Shown here one piece after another: positions 1 to 9,497 of a stretch of 64,000 nt of DNA; the stretch's first letter is position 1; every line of letters starts with the position of its first letter. The stretch comes from a virus. The notes under the pieces were generated by a model, which was given only the letters and a program-made list of their open reading frames with translations, was not told the origin of the DNA and ran no database searches. Location of the stretch: positions 62,755 through 126,754 of IMG/VR virus record IMGVR_UViG_3300035698_007508. One strand, given 5' to 3'. The position numbers and the translations under genes were made by a program.

Positions 1-3000
1 CCAATGGGGTAATATGTTGTACCAGGCGAGCGCCCCGCTTATCGCACACGCACTGGGATACGATAACGCCGTGTTTGCGCCGCAGATGGGCGGCGGTATC
101 AGTGGTTTTAACGCGGAGTATAGCGCTGGCTTCACAACACCGTACAGGCGGGTCGGCCAGCAGCGTGCAGCGCAGCAGACGGCTATGCAGTTCGGCAATG
201 ACTTCGCGGCGGTCGCGAATCGGTTAGGCTTCCGGCCTAAGGATATGTCGGCGGGTGAGTTCCAGGAAGCGATCTCTAACTTCGCGGGCGGGACATGGGG
301 ACAGGTAGCTGCGGAGTTCGCGGTTCAGTCGCCGATGGTGCAGAGCCTAATGGGTGGTAATCCCATCGAAGCCTATAACCTAATGGCCCGAGCGGGAGCC
401 GGCGCCATCTCACCCGCGGGCTCTGTACTCGATATCGTGAGCCCTACAGGCGAACTCAATGCCGCGTTACCGTTGCAAATGGAAGAACACCGCTGGGAAT
501 TGTACAGCAAGCTGTCCGACGCTGTGTACGGCTACGACCAGGCGTACGAGGATCCTAAGACTGGCGAGATCAAAACAAGGCGTGCCAAGGGGACGACGCC
601 TAACATGGGGTTCACCAAGGGCTTTCGTACTGAAGACGTGATAGGCGGCTTGCACGAATACATGACCAAGCGTGATTTCGGGTACATGACCGAAGACGGG
701 CCCAGGATGTACCGCAGTATCAAGCAAGATCCGGACGCGACCCCGGAGGAGAATAGTGCGCGGTTGGTTGACCAACAGGCCGAGATGACCTCGGAACACC
801 TTGACATGCTAGGCGCGGCCCGAGACGCGTTCGGATCCGAGAGCGTGGCCCAGCTGACGGCCAACCTTGAAAAGTTCACGCGGGGCGGGGTTAACCGGAT
901 TGATCCAAAGCGGCTGAAAGAGACGATCGACAATATGACCGCTACGGCTATGGCGCTGGGTATCGAGGGTACCACGTTCCTGGAGACCGCACTTGAGGTA
1001 CAGACTATGTTGAGCGGAAGCGTAGGTCTAGCATTAGGCGGCAGCGCCGGGGCGATGCGCACAGCGTCCGGGCGGACGATCGGTGGTTGGGGCGCCACAA
1101 GCGTAACACAGGGTTTTATGAACCAGGTTGGCGCTATGGCATCGCTGCGTGGTGACATGACACGCAACGGACTGCTGGATGCTGCGGCTGACCAACAGGC
1201 GTTATTTAATCTCGGTATGTCTTCGGTGCAGGGTAAGGATATCCAATTGATCGAGTGGATGCGTGAGAATGGTATGGTGGACGAGAGCGCGTACGCCGCA
1301 CATCGTGAAGCCATTCAGTTCGCCGACAAGTCCGCGCAAGATGCGGCGGCGGGAGCGATTTTCAGAGCCAGCCCGTTCGGATCATTGCAGGACGCCCGCG
1401 CAGCTATGCGCGATCCGGGCTTCGCGATCGCGATCGGCCAGGATATGGAAAAGTCCGGCGCCGGTAGTTGGAACATTAAACAGGCATTGGATACCGCACA
1501 GCAGCGCGAAATGCCCGAACGTACCCGTCAAATGACGGTACAGCGCGAACGTAATCAGGTAGAGCAGTTGCTCCGACTTACCGGTATACGCATGCCGCGT
1601 GATGGCGCGGCGGTTGAAGCACGTGTTGAAGCCATGGCTGAAGCCATACTGGACGCTGGTGGTACTGAGGCCGATGCTAATTTGCTCAAGGAACAGTTCA
1701 AGAGCCAGGGTATGTCCGGTGTACGGGCGTTGATGGCTGGTGAGGAGTATGCAGAATATCGCGGTGCGGCCGAGCAGGCTGGGCAGCACGCGTATGACAT
1801 GGCAACGTTAGACTACTTGAACGAGCGCGTAGGGGATCGGTCCCGTGGTTCCCAGGCCAGCGAGATCCTGGCGCAGTTGCCGCAGCTGCGCAAGTTACTC
1901 GGCACGAACATAACAACGGACCAGAGGCGGGCCGCCGCGGACGTTACGAGCAAGCTTAAAACCGGCGATATTGCGGGCGCGCAGGCCGCGCTGGACATAA
2001 TGAAGGCTGGACCCGGACTTACTGATACGCAGTCGCGATCGGTAGCTGATGCAAACCAGCGAGGCCGTGAGCGTTATGCGCAAATGGCTAACGCCGTAGA
2101 CGATACTGGAGCAGTATATAATTTACAGACAGTGCGTGACGAGATCGAAGACCGGAACCTGTACGCAGCACAGGCCATGGAAGAGTACATGGCGGTTGCT
2201 AAGTTCGATAGTGTGGATCAGGAGACCAAAGCTAAGATTGCGGCACAGATTGACTCCAAAGATTATGAGCAGGCACGGCACACAATCAACGCTCAGCGCG
2301 AAAACTTGACCGAGGGCGAAATACAACAGCTCAACGAGTCCATCATGGGTATTGTGACGCCAGAGGCCACTATTGAGCAGATTTCAGCTGCGACGGGGTG
2401 GACTGAGACCCGGCCAGAATTCGGTATAAGCGAGGAAGAGGTCAGGCGACTCGGTGGTCAGAATTTATTGGCCAAGACGCAGGCTGGCGCCAAGGCCGGT
2501 GTTCCTGGTAGATATGACACGTCGGAGACACAACGTAAGGCCGACCAGCTATTAGCCGGTGTGGCGAAGCAGGCGGACAAGCTGGCGCCGTTACTAAGTG
2601 ATAGGCGGGACGCGACCGACAAGTATCGCCGCAACCTGGGTCAGAGGATCGTCGATTGGGGCGCGGGTCGCAACGATACTACGGTACTGGACATAATGTA
2701 TATGCGCGCTCCCGATGAATTGACAGACGAGCAGCGAGCCGTTATGTCGGACGCGGATTTGGCTAAACATCAGAAATTGGTCGATGAGTACCAAGAGGCT
2801 GACGACAAGTTCGGTGATTTGGATCTCGATACGCTATCAGGTATGACTGATACGCAAATTAAAGAGCAGTACGGGGACGACGCCGACAAGATAAAGGCGT
2901 TGAAGTTCGCTACCGAACACGGCCCGATAGCCAAAATGATCAAACTGCAGAAGGCTGCTAAGACTGATTCGATCGCAGACAAGCCAGCTATTGACGTCGA

Positions 3001-3286
3001 GAGCACGGCGATAACTGCGTCAGAGCGTAGCTTAGGCGCCGCCACGCAGGGTGAAGATCCGTTCCTTGCATCCGTGGGCGGCGCGATTGGCGCAGTACGT
3101 GGTTTCCTCGGTACCGGCGAAGAGCCGTACGTTAAGCGCGCCGACAGGGCTGACGACGAGAAGGATGTCAAGCGTCCCAAGCAGCCAGAGAAGATGGAGA
3201 TGTCCGGGACGGTCACTATGATCAATAAGGCTGGCACACCTATCGGCACAATGGACGTCGGTGGTGCGGCGGCGAGTAGGGGATAA
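1..3286 (+). CDS. Tape-measure-like protein, C-terminal part (5'-truncated by the window)
   Basis: Frame is open upstream of the ATG at 14 (caa tgg ggt aat atg). Over 1090 aa of Ala/Gly/Gln-rich, low-aromatic, helical-type sequence directly upstream of baseplate genes. Confidence 0.6.
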   Translation, partial: QWGNMLYQASAPLIAHALGYDNAVFAPQMGGGISGFNAEYSAGFTTPYRRVGQQRAAQQTAMQFGNDFAAVANRLGFRPKDMSAGEFQEAISNFAGGTWGQVAAEFAVQSPMVQSLMGGNPIEAYNLMARAGAGAISPAGSVLDIVSPTGELNAALPLQMEEHRWELYSKLSDAVYGYDQAYEDPKTGEIKTRRAKGTTPNMGFTKGFRTEDVIGGLHEYMTKRDFGYMTEDGPRMYRSIKQDPDATPEENSARLVDQQAEMTSEHLDMLGAARDAFGSESVAQLTANLEKFTRGGVNRIDPKRLKETIDNMTATAMALGIEGTTFLETALEVQTMLSGSVGLALGGSAGAMRTASGRTIGGWGATSVTQGFMNQVGAMASLRGDMTRNGLLDAAADQQALFNLGMSSVQGKDIQLIEWMRENGMVDESAYAAHREAIQFADKSAQDAAAGAIFRASPFGSLQDARAAMRDPGFAIAIGQDMEKSGAGSWNIKQALDTAQQREMPERTRQMTVQRERNQVEQLLRLTGIRMPRDGAAVEARVEAMAEAILDAGGTEADANLLKEQFKSQGMSGVRALMAGEEYAEYRGAAEQAGQHAYDMATLDYLNERVGDRSRGSQASEILAQLPQLRKLLGTNITTDQRRAAADVTSKLKTGDIAGAQAALDIMKAGPGLTDTQSRSVADANQRGRERYAQMANAVDDTGAVYNLQTVRDEIEDRNLYAAQAMEEYMAVAKFDSVDQETKAKIAAQIDSKDYEQARHTINAQRENLTEGEIQQLNESIMGIVTPEATIEQISAATGWTETRPEFGISEEEVRRLGGQNLLAKTQAGAKAGVPGRYDTSETQRKADQLLAGVAKQADKLAPLLSDRRDATDKYRRNLGQRIVDWGAGRNDTTVLDIMYMRAPDELTDEQRAVMSDADLAKHQKLVDEYQEADDKFGDLDLDTLSGMTDTQIKEQYGDDADKIKALKFATEHGPIAKMIKLQKAAKTDSIADKPAIDVESTAITASERSLGAATQGEDPFLASVGGAIGAVRGFLGTGEEPYVKRADRADDEKDVKRPKQPEKMEMSGTVTMINKAGTPIGTMDVGGAAASRG

Positions 3287-3288
3287 GC

Positions 3289-3828
3289 ATGTCTGAAATA
3301 TTTGGAAATGAATCTGGATCCCGAGGTTGTTTTAGGGTGTTCCTATTGAAGGCTGACGCATCGCGTGGCGCTATATTAGAGATGCCGAGCGGTGAGTACC
3401 CCAAGCGAAATAACTACGCTGATCCGTTTCTTGTCGTAGGTTTCTCAGCTGCGCAAGCCGAGGCTGTCAGCTTTACCAAGGTGTTCGGTGGACGAGTTTA
3501 TACTTACGCATTCGGACACGATCCGAATGCTAGTTGGTTAAATGTTGATATACTTGGTTTCCTGACCGGAAAAGGTATCGTAGCGCAGAAAGGTACGTCC
3601 GGGGGTACTGACACTTCTGGCGACGTGATGCAATCATTGATGTACAACGCGTACGCTAATGATCGTGTATCTGTGTCGCTTCAGTACGCGAAACTAGGAT
3701 TAGGGTCGGGGGCTAACGCGACCCCCATGCGCGGCTTTGTGGTCGGTATCTCGACGCAGACCGCGGACCCCATGCACAGTTTACAGCGTTTCACCGTGCG
3801 ACTCGCACTTGTGGAGGCTCAAGGATGA
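3289..3828 (+). CDS. Hypothetical virion protein (tail/baseplate module)
   Basis: 179-aa ORF tightly packed after the tape-measure-like gene; ATGA overlap with the next gene. Confidence 0.6.
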   Translation: MSEIFGNESGSRGCFRVFLLKADASRGAILEMPSGEYPKRNNYADPFLVVGFSAAQAEAVSFTKVFGGRVYTYAFGHDPNASWLNVDILGFLTGKGIVAQKGTSGGTDTSGDVMQSLMYNAYANDRVSVSLQYAKLGLGSGANATPMRGFVVGISTQTADPMHSLQRFTVRLALVEAQG

Positions 3829-4688
3829 TCAATCACGCACGCACACTGTTACTCAATCAGAACGACCTGGCAGGTGGATTGCAATCGGGTACACCCGGCG
3901 CCGAGCTGGTGGACCCTGACTTCCAGCCGCAGACTCTCCCACAGATCCTGGTGGACGTCCGTACCGCTATGCTGCCGGTGGGTTACACAGCTTACCAGCG
4001 CAACATGACGTTGGCCTATGTCATGCGGTTACTGCACGCCCCGGAACTGGAGCCGTTCACATTGGCGCCCGATACCCGTATAACGTACGACCTGGACGGC
4101 GATACAGCGTCACGGTTACGCGATAGTGCGATTACCCTACACACATGGCAAGCTCAGGCGTGTGATGTGGAGCTGCGTTACGCGATCTCCGCAACCGAGC
4201 GATGGACGAGCCTTGGTACGATCATGACCTGGACTATCGCCCATACAGATGACAGTCCTGATCGTGTGACTGTCCAGTGTAATGATGCAGAACCGATATC
4301 GGTACCCGCGATGTTCAGCAATAACTATACCGCTACCATTGAACTGATACCCGGCTACTTGACGTGTAAGCTGTACTCACCGACCAACCAACTGTCGGGT
4401 ACGTTCAAGTTCGATCTCGTATTCTATGCCCCAGTGGCAGTCGATATGCCGGCGTTACTGGAGAAGTATCAGCATCTGGACTTGCGTCAAACTTCGGCAC
4501 GCATCATCTTCGATACGTACACCCCGTACGAACAGCAGCTTATCGAGCTACAGCGCATCTGGCAGTATTCGCCGGAAATGACGCTACGGGTAGGTGCTTA
4601 CACATTGGGGCTCGTATACCAACTCGAACGGCTGAGACTCGGACTCGGGCTGCCGGTCACACGTTCAACACTACAGCGGGTGTCGTAA
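3825..4688 (+). CDS. Hypothetical virion protein
   Basis: 287-aa ORF coupled to both neighbours by stop/start overlaps. Confidence 0.6.
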   Translation: MINHARTLLLNQNDLAGGLQSGTPGAELVDPDFQPQTLPQILVDVRTAMLPVGYTAYQRNMTLAYVMRLLHAPELEPFTLAPDTRITYDLDGDTASRLRDSAITLHTWQAQACDVELRYAISATERWTSLGTIMTWTIAHTDDSPDRVTVQCNDAEPISVPAMFSNNYTATIELIPGYLTCKLYSPTNQLSGTFKFDLVFYAPVAVDMPALLEKYQHLDLRQTSARIIFDTYTPYEQQLIELQRIWQYSPEMTLRVGAYTLGLVYQLERLRLGLGLPVTRSTLQRVS

Positions 4689-6256
4689 TGTCGATGGAGC
4701 AATATGCATACGCGGTCGTAAAAGGCTACGTGAAAGTTGGTGGTAATATCCATCCGGTGTCGTCTTTTCAACTATCGCTGACACATAATGGGATACCATC
4801 ACTACGTCTGACCATTGATCCGGTACACACCGGGGTGGGTAACGTGGTGTCAAGCCTGGACGGCGACGCTGCACCAGCTGTGATCTCGCAGTTCATCAGT
4901 AAGTTCGATGCACTCAACGCGCTGACCACGAAGAAGACCGGGCGCGAAGCCACCTTTACGTTTAGCATGACGAGCAAGGACGACAACCAGGAACTGAAGT
5001 TGGAAGACTGGCTACTTGTGGCTGTAGGATACGCCGGTATCAGCGCGTCGGGTGCGTTACAAATGAACCTGGATATCCAGCACCCGGTGCGTAAGTTGGC
5101 CGAGGGTAACATTCATCTGATAGGTAGCCATGTTGACCAGAAGTGGGGGACGGACGTCTTGGCTAACGCTCCTAATGTACTGGCCGGTATCGTAATTGCG
5201 TTGCGTGAGTATGCGAGTATGGAACCGACGAATCCAGCACCGCTGTTTTTCGATGAGCTGCGAGATCGTACACTGGGCCTTATCGACGCGTTGGAGACAC
5301 ATTTGAAATGGGAGGACGGCCCGGGCTGGCCAAACATGCCGTTTGATATACTGCAGGCCTCTATACCGCACACGCTACAGGCTTACGTGGCGAACATCCA
5401 GGGCCGCGTACCGTGGGGCTGGATGATGCAGGACGTACTGTCCGACTGGTACGCGTCGACACGGTGTACGTATTGGAAGGATAGTTTGACATTAACACCG
5501 TATACGCCGTGGGAGAAACCGCAAATCACCATAACGGATGCGGATGTAAGTGACTTCTCGATACCAGCGGTAGACCCACGTCCGATCGCCGGCGTTATCA
5601 ACCTGTACGACGGTACACTGCTGACAGGCTATACCGCGCTGGCGTGGCGTGACGCCATATCCAAGATCTTCAGCGATGGGCAGTCCTACATCGAACCGGA
5701 CCTGCCCGGCACCGTTGACCATCTACGGCTACCGGAGTGGGTACACGGACTTGTCGGCATAAATCATAGCGTCGGGGCTGGTACTTCAGCGTTCAGCGGA
5801 CAAAATGGGATGAATATGCCACTGAACTCGCCTGACGCGCTCGGTGGACACGGTCCTGCTGATCCTGTCAGTATCGAGTTCTTGACCGAAATCCGGACTG
5901 CGCTTGAGTATTTCTGTAAGCAGACGTTCTGCCTTGGCTTTAAGCAGATGACTCAAGTATCTTTGCGGTGTCGATTGATGTTGAACGCGGCGGGCGGCGT
6001 GGATGGCCATATCGCACCCGGGTACGTGTGTGAGTTTAAGTCAGATCCCAAGGCCGCAACAGAGGCAGGCTTGAAGTCCGGTGGTGGCGGTGGTACACTA
6101 TTGAAGTTCTTTGTGACTAATGTGTCGCACGAGGTTGACTGTGTTAACCATACCGCCGTGACAAATGTGAGTGGACGTTATTTGCATCGGGATGCCGGGC
6201 CAGACCTGGTGGCGATCAAGGGCGGGATAGCGCCGAATTACCTGTATTCAGCATAG
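4688..6256 (+). CDS. Putative baseplate hub / tail protein
   Basis: 522 aa, beta-rich. Position between tape measure and wedge genes and a C-terminal '...FFVTNVSHEV..' motif typical of hub (Mu gpP/gpD-like) proteins. Assignment is positional. Confidence 0.4.
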   Translation: MSMEQYAYAVVKGYVKVGGNIHPVSSFQLSLTHNGIPSLRLTIDPVHTGVGNVVSSLDGDAAPAVISQFISKFDALNALTTKKTGREATFTFSMTSKDDNQELKLEDWLLVAVGYAGISASGALQMNLDIQHPVRKLAEGNIHLIGSHVDQKWGTDVLANAPNVLAGIVIALREYASMEPTNPAPLFFDELRDRTLGLIDALETHLKWEDGPGWPNMPFDILQASIPHTLQAYVANIQGRVPWGWMMQDVLSDWYASTRCTYWKDSLTLTPYTPWEKPQITITDADVSDFSIPAVDPRPIAGVINLYDGTLLTGYTALAWRDAISKIFSDGQSYIEPDLPGTVDHLRLPEWVHGLVGINHSVGAGTSAFSGQNGMNMPLNSPDALGGHGPADPVSIEFLTEIRTALEYFCKQTFCLGFKQMTQVSLRCRLMLNAAGGVDGHIAPGYVCEFKSDPKAATEAGLKSGGGGGTLLKFFVTNVSHEVDCVNHTAVTNVSGRYLHRDAGPDLVAIKGGIAPNYLYSA

Positions 6257-6261
6257 GAGCA

Positions 6262-6966
6262 ATGATGAACTACCCAGAGTATGACAGCTGGCAGGCGGAC
6301 CCCACCCCCGAGAACCTCGGTGCGGTCATGCGCGCAGTTGATCCCGTGCTCGTCAGCGAGGTCCAGCGTTATGCTGGGCCCAAAGACATTTTACACGTCA
6401 AGGCTAAAGGCCTGGCGATCAAGGCCATCCGGTCTTACGACGCGACCAAGGGCGCCAACCTCCGGTCATGGGTCACGACCCAGTTGCAGCCATTGTCCCG
6501 CTACGGCCAGCAGCTGCAGCCTGTGCGCGTGCCGGAAGCAGTACGGCGTCAGGCTGCGGAAGCGCACACCCAGTCAGAGCGCTTGCACGACGACCTGGGC
6601 CGTATGCCTACCGATACGGAGCTGGCGGACCACATGGGCCTGTCGGTCGCCAAGATCCAGAAGCTACGCAGCCGGGTGCGCGCAACCATGTCTGAATCGC
6701 AGATGACCGCGCCGAAGGGCGGCGTACCGGGCGCCATGCCGGCAACTCAGTTCCCATCCGGAGCCGACTATGCGTTCGAGGCTGTGTACCAGGACTTGGG
6801 GCCGCGTGAGAAGGTCATTGTCGACTGGAAGACAGGCTCCCACGGTAAAGAGCAGTTGAGCAACCAAGAGATCGCACAGCGGCTGGGCGTTTCACCCGCC
6901 CTGATTACGCAGATCACCGGCCGACTGGTGGCGCAAATTCAGGAGGTAGCGAGCCATGGCGTTTAG
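6262..6966 (+). CDS. RNA polymerase sigma factor, sigma70 family (FliA/SigB-like)
   Basis: Region 2 (KAIRSYDATKGANLRSWV), region 3 (LGRMPTDTELADHMGLSVAKI), region 4 HTH (LGPREKVI...LSNQEIAQRLGVSPALITQI). GGAG RBS. Confidence 0.85.
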   Translation: MMNYPEYDSWQADPTPENLGAVMRAVDPVLVSEVQRYAGPKDILHVKAKGLAIKAIRSYDATKGANLRSWVTTQLQPLSRYGQQLQPVRVPEAVRRQAAEAHTQSERLHDDLGRMPTDTELADHMGLSVAKIQKLRSRVRATMSESQMTAPKGGVPGAMPATQFPSGADYAFEAVYQDLGPREKVIVDWKTGSHGKEQLSNQEIAQRLGVSPALITQITGRLVAQIQEVASHGV

Positions 6967-7348
6967 CGAAGCTGTTGGATTTGTAAAGGGCTACTTGGAG
7001 AAACACGAGGAGCAGTTGCGTACTGGTACGCGTCTGGAGTGGGCGATGAACGCTGACGTCGCGGACATCGATACCCAGTTCTCCAGTACGGCGGAGAACG
7101 GGGAGTGGGCCGGGATGTATGCGCAATCCCGGCCAGACGTGAACAAGCTTATCGGTGTGCGTACCAAGATTGCATGGTTGGCCGGAGCACGCCGTGATAT
7201 GCGTACCCAGTTCGCGTGCGGCAGGCTCTGTCGGTTACGCACACAGCAGGACCACGATCGCATAGCCCTGTCCCAGTACACCTGGGCCGCTAAAGGGCTG
7301 CAACGCTTATTGGGTATTGTCAACATCGAGCGGAGCCAGAAAATATGA
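6956..7348 (+). CDS. Hypothetical protein
   Basis: 130-aa ORF overlapping both neighbours in operon fashion. Confidence 0.6.
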   Translation: MAFSEAVGFVKGYLEKHEEQLRTGTRLEWAMNADVADIDTQFSSTAENGEWAGMYAQSRPDVNKLIGVRTKIAWLAGARRDMRTQFACGRLCRLRTQQDHDRIALSQYTWAAKGLQRLLGIVNIERSQKI

Positions 7349-7839
7349 TGAGGGCTTACACAGCAGATTACGCAGATCGTCAGATCGACCTGGAGTTTAT
7401 GCAGTCGATCTTACGGCCCACCGGTACCACGGCGCTGGACCTGTCGTTTACGGCCCAGGACGCTCGGGCTGTCACCGGTATGCAGAAATTGGCGCAACGG
7501 TACACCATCTTACTGCTCACGCAGCTTACGGACGTGCAATTCGCCACGGATCAGGGAACTACGTTTTGGCAGGATATGCTACGTGGTGCGGCTCAGAACA
7601 GCGGGCAGGTTGCGATGGCGTTCAACTTCGCCAGTATTGACGCCGTGACGCAGATGCAGGTTGAGGATGGCGACGACACGTTCGGGCCCATCCCGGACGA
7701 TGAACGGATTCAGACAGCAACGCTATTAGATTTCGATGTTAATGTGGTTACCGCGACGTTGTACCTACGCGTATTGTTGCGTAGCCGCACGGGTGACGCG
7801 TACACATACGTACTGCCTACCACGGTAGCGAGGAGATAA
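7345..7839 (+). CDS. Baseplate wedge protein, gp25/GPW-like
   Basis: 164 aa with 'VTGMQKLAQRYTILLLTQL..V.F...GT.F' pattern, immediately upstream of baseplate J. Confidence 0.6.
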   Translation: MMRAYTADYADRQIDLEFMQSILRPTGTTALDLSFTAQDARAVTGMQKLAQRYTILLLTQLTDVQFATDQGTTFWQDMLRGAAQNSGQVAMAFNFASIDAVTQMQVEDGDDTFGPIPDDERIQTATLLDFDVNVVTATLYLRVLLRSRTGDAYTYVLPTTVARR

Positions 7840-7841
7840 TT

Positions 7842-9497
7842 ATGACTACAACACTTAACAATGTGACCCAAGCCACGTTTGAGCAGGCCGAGGCCACTGT
7901 GATCGCACTTATGCGTGAGGCATACCCGGCCTTGGACTTACGCCGTGGCACCGTCCTACGTGAGTTGCTGGTACGTCCGGCCAGCGAATTCTACGCATTG
8001 GAGGATGACCGTTATAACCATCTGCAGTTGACACGTTCGTTGGCGGAGATTGCGGCCAACCCCGGTGAGGCCACTTCGGACGACGTAAACCACGTACTGG
8101 CCAATTTCAATATGACCATGCGGGTGGGCTCCACCGCACATGGTACGCTGCTGGTCAGGGTCCAGTACGACCGGGGTTACTACATACCTGCTACGTTCCT
8201 GGTCGAAGTATCAGGCGGTATCCAGTACAAGGTGGAGCAGGCGTACAACGTCAGTTCGGATACCAGTGTGGCCGCGGGCCATATTCAGCTGCAGGGGCCC
8301 ACGACCGACCAGTCTTACTACTTCCTACTGCCTGTCGTGGCTGTTGCGGTAGGCGCGACTGCTAGCATTACGGCCGGTACCGCGGTGGATGCGGTCACGG
8401 CCTTTCACGGTTTCATCGCTGCTGAGGCATATACTGACTTTACGGGCGGCACCGATCCAGAGACCGTGAACCAGCTGATCACGCGTATGCCGGCCGCCAT
8501 TTCCAACCGAAGCTTGGATAGCCGTAATGCGATCGAGGCTATCTTGCGCAGTCCGGAAGGCGGCGGATTCGACGACACGTTGCAGGAACTGTCTGTACAG
8601 GGTTATGGTGATCCAGGCCAGCTGCGTGATAAACACAACGCGCAAGGCGTGGCTATGGGCGGTAAGGCCGATATCTATGTCCGGACGTTCCGGCAGCCCG
8701 CGACGGTTGTACTGGAGAAGACAGGTACGCGTATCGCGTCAAATACGTACCAGTTCACGCTCGGCCGTGACGAGGCGCCCGGGTTCTATGCTGTACGCAT
8801 GGTGACTGATGCCGGAGTAGCTGCGTCGCCGTTTCTGGATTTCCAGACGTTGCCGGCGGTGGGCTCTTACGCGCTTCTCGACACCCGTGGCAGCTCTGGC
8901 CTGTCTGCCACCATTCATGATATCGACGCGACCAACTCGATCGTAGAGACGGCCGGCACTGTCTTCCAAACCAGTACCATTACTGTGAGTCACGTCGCTA
9001 CCGGCACCGAGGATATGCATGACTTCCGAGTCGAGCTCTACGTAGCGCCGGAACTGGCTGCGATTCAGGACTACGTGGATCTTGATACCGTACGCAGTGT
9101 GAAGGCCGACCATCTAGTCCGGTGCCCGTTTATCTGTCTGGTAGGTGTGCGCGCTACCGTGACAGCTGCACCAGGCGCTGCGTTAGACCTCACAGCCATG
9201 CGGACAGCGGTTGCCGACTACATCAACAGTCGTAGCTTCGTAAACGAGTTGACCGAGAGTGAGATCCTAGGCGTGCTACACACGTTCCAGATTGCCCGAG
9301 TGGATACCAGCGACGATACCCAGCGGGGTTTCGAGCTGCAAGGCGTCATCCGTGATGCCACGGGTACGGTACACACGCTGGGCGGCCACACATTGGATAT
9401 CGAAGCTTATGCCGATGCTCAGAACCTCATCTTACCCGCGACTTGTGTATTCGCCGCACACGCGGAAGACATCATCATCAACGTGAGTAGCACATGA
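7842..9497 (+). CDS. Baseplate J-like protein
   Basis: 'LDLRRGTVLRELLVRP', 'FTGGTDPETVNQLITR...ISNRSL' motifs typical of J/gp47-like wedge proteins. AGGAG RBS. Confidence 0.8.
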   Translation: MTTTLNNVTQATFEQAEATVIALMREAYPALDLRRGTVLRELLVRPASEFYALEDDRYNHLQLTRSLAEIAANPGEATSDDVNHVLANFNMTMRVGSTAHGTLLVRVQYDRGYYIPATFLVEVSGGIQYKVEQAYNVSSDTSVAAGHIQLQGPTTDQSYYFLLPVVAVAVGATASITAGTAVDAVTAFHGFIAAEAYTDFTGGTDPETVNQLITRMPAAISNRSLDSRNAIEAILRSPEGGGFDDTLQELSVQGYGDPGQLRDKHNAQGVAMGGKADIYVRTFRQPATVVLEKTGTRIASNTYQFTLGRDEAPGFYAVRMVTDAGVAASPFLDFQTLPAVGSYALLDTRGSSGLSATIHDIDATNSIVETAGTVFQTSTITVSHVATGTEDMHDFRVELYVAPELAAIQDYVDLDTVRSVKADHLVRCPFICLVGVRATVTAAPGAALDLTAMRTAVADYINSRSFVNELTESEILGVLHTFQIARVDTSDDTQRGFELQGVIRDATGTVHTLGGHTLDIEAYADAQNLILPATCVFAAHAEDIIINVSST

